IMG/VR virus record: IMGVR_UViG_3300036715_000180
Location: 1-24,808 of that record
Length of the DNA: 24,808 nucleotides
DNA from: a virus
Lineage: Duplodnaviria; Caudoviricetes
Reading direction: 5' to 3' (one strand)
The notes under the pieces are model-generated. The model saw only the letters and a list, made by a program, of their open reading frames with translations, was not told the origin of the DNA and did no database searches. Of this stretch, positions 23,801 through 24,808 are shown piece after piece (positions within the stretch are counted from its first letter, which is position 1; each line of letters begins with the position of its first letter). The translations under genes were made by a program, and so were the position numbers.

Positions 23801-24808
23801 GGCAGAATTTCCATCTGATAGCGTGGCTAAAATCTTTGGTGGTAAGCTAATTGATGCAACTCCACCTCCTAAAATTGAAACATCATCGCAAAACGGCTTC
23901 ACAATAACCGACGCAATGCGTGACAAGGTAAGTCAAGGCTTGCCTTTGTTCTCACCAAAACGCCAAACAGAAACGCCAGAGTTTAAAAAGTGGTTTGGCG
24001 ATTCAAAAGTCGTTGACGATGAGGGTAAGCCGCTTGTTGTTTATCATGGGACTGGCGAAAACTTTAACGAGTTTAGCCTTGACAAGATGGGGTCATTTTC
24101 TAATGCTGATTCTGCCAAAGGCGGGTTTTTCTTTACAGACAGCAAGCCGCTTGCAGAGCAATTCAAGCAAGAGGCACAACGTAAAAATTTGAATTATGGC
24201 GATATTCGAAAAAAACTAAACAATCTTGATGATGCTGAATTTAAAAATCTAGCTACAGATGCGGGCCTAAAATTAGACCTGGAGATAGAAGGTAAGGAAT
24301 TTGTCATTGATAGCATGATAGATCGACTTGAACGAGATAACGATACATCTTTTATTGATGATAGAACTAATATTGATAGAGATATAAAACGATATATTGG
24401 GAAAGATGCTTTTGAGAAGGGAAATGTTGTTAATGCTTATTTGAGTATTAACAATCCAATGGAAGTTGTTGTTGATAGTGGATCTGAATTTGACGAGGAC
24501 TTGATAAATTCATCTATTAAAAAAGCGAAACTAGGCGGCTATGATGGGTTAGTCATTAAAGGTATGCTTGATTCTGCTGCTTCGGATGATCGCGGCAATA
24601 ATCAGATAAGTTCAAATGTTTATATTGCATTTACGCCTACCCAAATAAAATCCGCTACAGGTGAGAATAGGAAATTCGACGCAAGCAATCCTGATATTCG
24701 GTTCAGCCCAAGACGCGATATGCCAGATGTCATCATTGGCAACCCGCTAGGTGAACTGGCAAATCATGCCGAATATGAAAAGGCAAAGGCTGGAGATACA
24801 ATTTCCGC
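17823..24808 (+). CDS. Giant polyvalent ejection-type protein, at least 2,328 aa, 3'-truncated (zincin, GNAT, unassigned domain, ART-PolyVal-like, further domain)
   Basis: ATG at 17823 overlaps the upstream TAA. Manual translation (MANPWDNDAVVSAPWEND...) shows no in-frame stop to the window end. Motifs: HEVSH 19923-19937, KGKGIG 21846-21863, FWKKVG 22002-22019, IEELQSDW 22923-22946, YHGT 24042-24053. Confidence 0.92.
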   Translation, partial: MANPWDNDAVVSAPWENDKPVAESKGIIASAWDGVKSAASNVADGVASDVKSLYSSPSSVMENLDQKNPTPLNEQGTSNPALGPMRKDYVDSVRAKTLPDQIDQAKTDPQAAKIAAQTLARSKQPDTLSMTNQDISDHAERMLHGDAAPTDLYGNTEMQKVDDTPYQLTKEDVDHLMKSGATLEMSSGSTIKDITANAMGGLLTTGAKSVAAFSDAVGADDMAAKADAYAKHVNEIMQENGGSSVSGKAASIVGAITSVLALPELALAHVAANAGLFAIPAFRDTLNEKLAEGNSYGNALSHAVASFGVNMLLPTVATKGSGAAAKLFGAAEKDSLGQTVITATGAKGAAAQLGSAAAEGVGFSLASHGIDKGIDFVSGQKNDSQLDSKDLLANAIAFVALRGQQARKQYNGSALHDQIANEINSVNLADDSQSVALNRLKLDPNSITPQETVKPLLAAPLVNSVAPTVATDTLSKLNAIRPSPADQMSSLLSPEQRASLEQAKSEVVAKQKIDSITSAPDIDTAIAAAKEAVIAPIEQNTNPAREGYTPASWVLREKATGKVIAETFDPQKVAALNTDKYEAVPINEHLGSLSSHIAESTQAIDAAKAKAQEAADLAEHNRMGEVVSREQLPIDSPMTVNKNQVTQGMHDLFAAHDAITGTKTVIVDKLPGHADGMMVGKDGTIYIHKDASINPIDVFNHEVSHVTDQILGDSATIKLADDAVTSSMTPEAKARYAMYYHGGELPENIKGILTTEQLAQAEKGSLTKKNAKGEWVNDLKLTPEQSNKIADIFHNKDGKGTAYIQELRADLRAHAVKDSGYWKTFKDSLIQHFGEEKANGIFTNLANAFKATLEKYQEAYKNKPSFAIKQLVNNHQEIYNAIAKADAEATNVREVVKVKAEKKQAEAAARKELIDGLQEKTNKELRGIAANHPRVYLKNAAAELVAKRDADLRLSKSIAAKDQLKKSSSVNPNVDSMADAIAKLGGINRESVAQRLQLSPEELNAKGQVGFRAAPLFHKYGMNIERMAERLAELGYIHMDEGGKHDQHDFEDKLMEVANGVEVHTPNAMMLRAQAEHEHAMQEVGVESKGDFEHVEDRGDAVQDAVEGKRDPLDDSDIAFFDHEIENKTTAQNMRDLGFSEEEIKNELAREEESNARREAEISHSDEGISQDTTGRTGDGSERDEAPYSLQGESADEANARLEKEDRQAYEDRQSEQEQHNRAQADKEVGNFGLTGSDRSADRNDGQNNLFSPKREDYKWETVTETENGPEFSNKHFLLLPTHVDNTFDAKWFLGGREYAESNAHHYWVFDKNNQKVANLSLEIAHGKIEKLLSIEVEPTLKGKGIGRDVVGSLLANDNYLPDHAGQGTGYDDLLASTDKYLKVFDILKQSEPFWKKVGADELNADNNGQTNWSSFERGQARREDAPRQGGIGEGNAESGEPGTIKSGPRPDASGSENEVKYSPKREETWHYSQLSKSIEEAPDRVFGAPKQVAMWLDSNAGKLGVKKDEIQWTGVTDWLNMQTGKVSKADVLDYLRSGGVQVHEVMKGEDQYRYFVKDMQKKYGDSWVGDLSDAEKKKKEDFFNSSNELGQTKYEQYQLPGGDNYRELLLTLPKNQVLPEGYSVIDNPSSAQNARKFIVIDGDNNRLGSGNTKEEALQTYFNHHQSGDMYKSTHWDEKNILAHIRFNDRTDTEGNKVLFIEELQSDWGQEGLKKGFNSPDDYEKTLADLKARYHAAPDDSPQQDSLRRQLEDMVLSDNKKGVPSAPFVTKTESWLQLGIKRMTAYAVEHGYDKVAFVNGEQSSSRYDLTKHIDEISYLKKPDGSIATISATKDGSFVFDKHNIDMDEVEATFGKEIAKKIESSEGHSDNRGRKVLEGVDLKVGGEGMKTFYDKIVPQNINDALKKIGGGRVEGVDIGVPNEIKYSVEEYRGPTATLEQVKLVLDVASKPGSVWESPITGERQDGVVSRIANENPLKRIVKSMENGSSFEDAMAEFPSDSVAKIFGGKLIDATPPPKIETSSQNGFTITDAMRDKVSQGLPLFSPKRQTETPEFKKWFGDSKVVDDEGKPLVVYHGTGENFNEFSLDKMGSFSNADSAKGGFFFTDSKPLAEQFKQEAQRKNLNYGDIRKKLNNLDDAEFKNLATDAGLKLDLEIEGKEFVIDSMIDRLERDNDTSFIDDRTNIDRDIKRYIGKDAFEKGNVVNAYLSINNPMEVVVDSGSEFDEDLINSSIKKAKLGGYDGLVIKGMLDSAASDDRGNNQISSNVYIAFTPTQIKSATGENRKFDASNPDIRFSPRRDMPDVIIGNPLGELANHAEYEKAKAGDTIS
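21259..21429 (+). CDS. Putative nested small protein (56 aa) in +1 frame of the giant ORF
   Basis: GAGGA at 21246-21250, 8 nt before ATG. Reads MNLPEKKNPTPEEKRKFLILMREFHKIPPEERVMVAKEMKRRILSKAKAQTKPTQG. The main frame here is a low-complexity linker. Confidence 0.5.
   Translation: MNLPEKKNPTPEEKRKFLILMREFHKIPPEERVMVAKEMKRRILSKAKAQTKPTQG
21573..24716 (+). repeat. Dispersed (F/Y)SP(K/R)R junction motif, 4 copies
   Basis: FSPKR 21573-21587, YSPKR 22206-22220, FSPKR 23949-23963, FSPRR 24702-24716, all in the giant ORF frame. Confidence 0.85.
22024..22203 (+). CDS. Putative nested small protein (59 aa) in +1 frame, directly after the GNAT core
   Basis: AAGGTAGGGG at 22011-22020 before ATG. Reads MNSTQTITDKPTGQVLSEDRHAERMRRAREGSEKAMQSPANQERLSQALARMRQVQKTK. 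The stop lies 2 nt before the YSPKR junction codons. Confidence 0.5.
   Translation: MNSTQTITDKPTGQVLSEDRHAERMRRAREGSEKAMQSPANQERLSQALARMRQVQKTK

Larger units (their letters stand above)
1..24808 (+). mobile_element. Phage/prophage virion morphogenesis, lysis and ejection-protein module (podovirus-like)
   Basis: Co-directional, tightly packed ORFs, many with overlapping ATGA/TAATG/TGATG junctions. Order is portal-scaffold-capsid-adaptor-nozzle-fibre-lysis-ejection. No tape measure, sheath or tube genes recognised. No host genes or att site seen, so free phage versus prophage cannot be decided. Confidence 0.95.

Noticed and set aside
177-23926. All minus-strand ORFs in the track
   Set aside because: Short antisense shadows of well-supported plus-strand genes, with no recognisable motifs.
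2338-24192. Other alternative-frame plus-strand ORFs (e.g. 2338, 3220, 5082, 7320, 19489, 21556, 22723, 23995)
   Set aside because: They overlap structured coding regions, lack a convincing SD/ATG pairing and read as frame shadows, unlike Rz1 and the two nested ORFs retained.
1-24808. CRISPR arrays, tRNA/rRNA, integrase/att sites, diversity-generating retroelement, stop-codon reassignment
   Set aside because: No spaced repeats, RNA gene signatures, recombinase or reverse transcriptase seen. TAA, TAG and TGA all end genes normally, and the apparent ORF gap after 17823 is just the unterminated giant ORF.

Overview
The whole window is one + strand late operon of a tailed dsDNA phage or prophage with a podovirus-type layout and a Gram-negative host (it encodes a spanin pair). 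Gene order: repeat-rich fibre-like protein, portal, scaffold, N4-gp56-family major capsid, adaptor and nozzle tail proteins, short tail fibre, a permuted papain-like peptidase, a lysis cassette (M15 endolysin, holin-like proteins, Rz with embedded Rz1), then putative ejection proteins. The window ends in a giant ORF missing from the supplied track (17823 to beyond 24808, at least 2,328 codons, no in-frame stop by manual translation). This is a polyvalent-type protein: ejection-like N-terminus, HExxH zincin, GNAT, a large unassigned domain, an ART-PolyVal-like ADP-ribosyltransferase, and the start of a further domain. Two signals stand out. First, a four-times recurring (F/Y)SP(K/R)R motif sits at the junctions between effector cassettes. 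Second, two small SD-led, helix-like ORFs are overprinted in the +1 frame on disordered linkers, and one ends right at a junction. Together they suggest an injected, processed polyprotein of effector cassettes with nested partner or immunity peptides; this is inference. Family calls come from motif recognition only, with no database searches.
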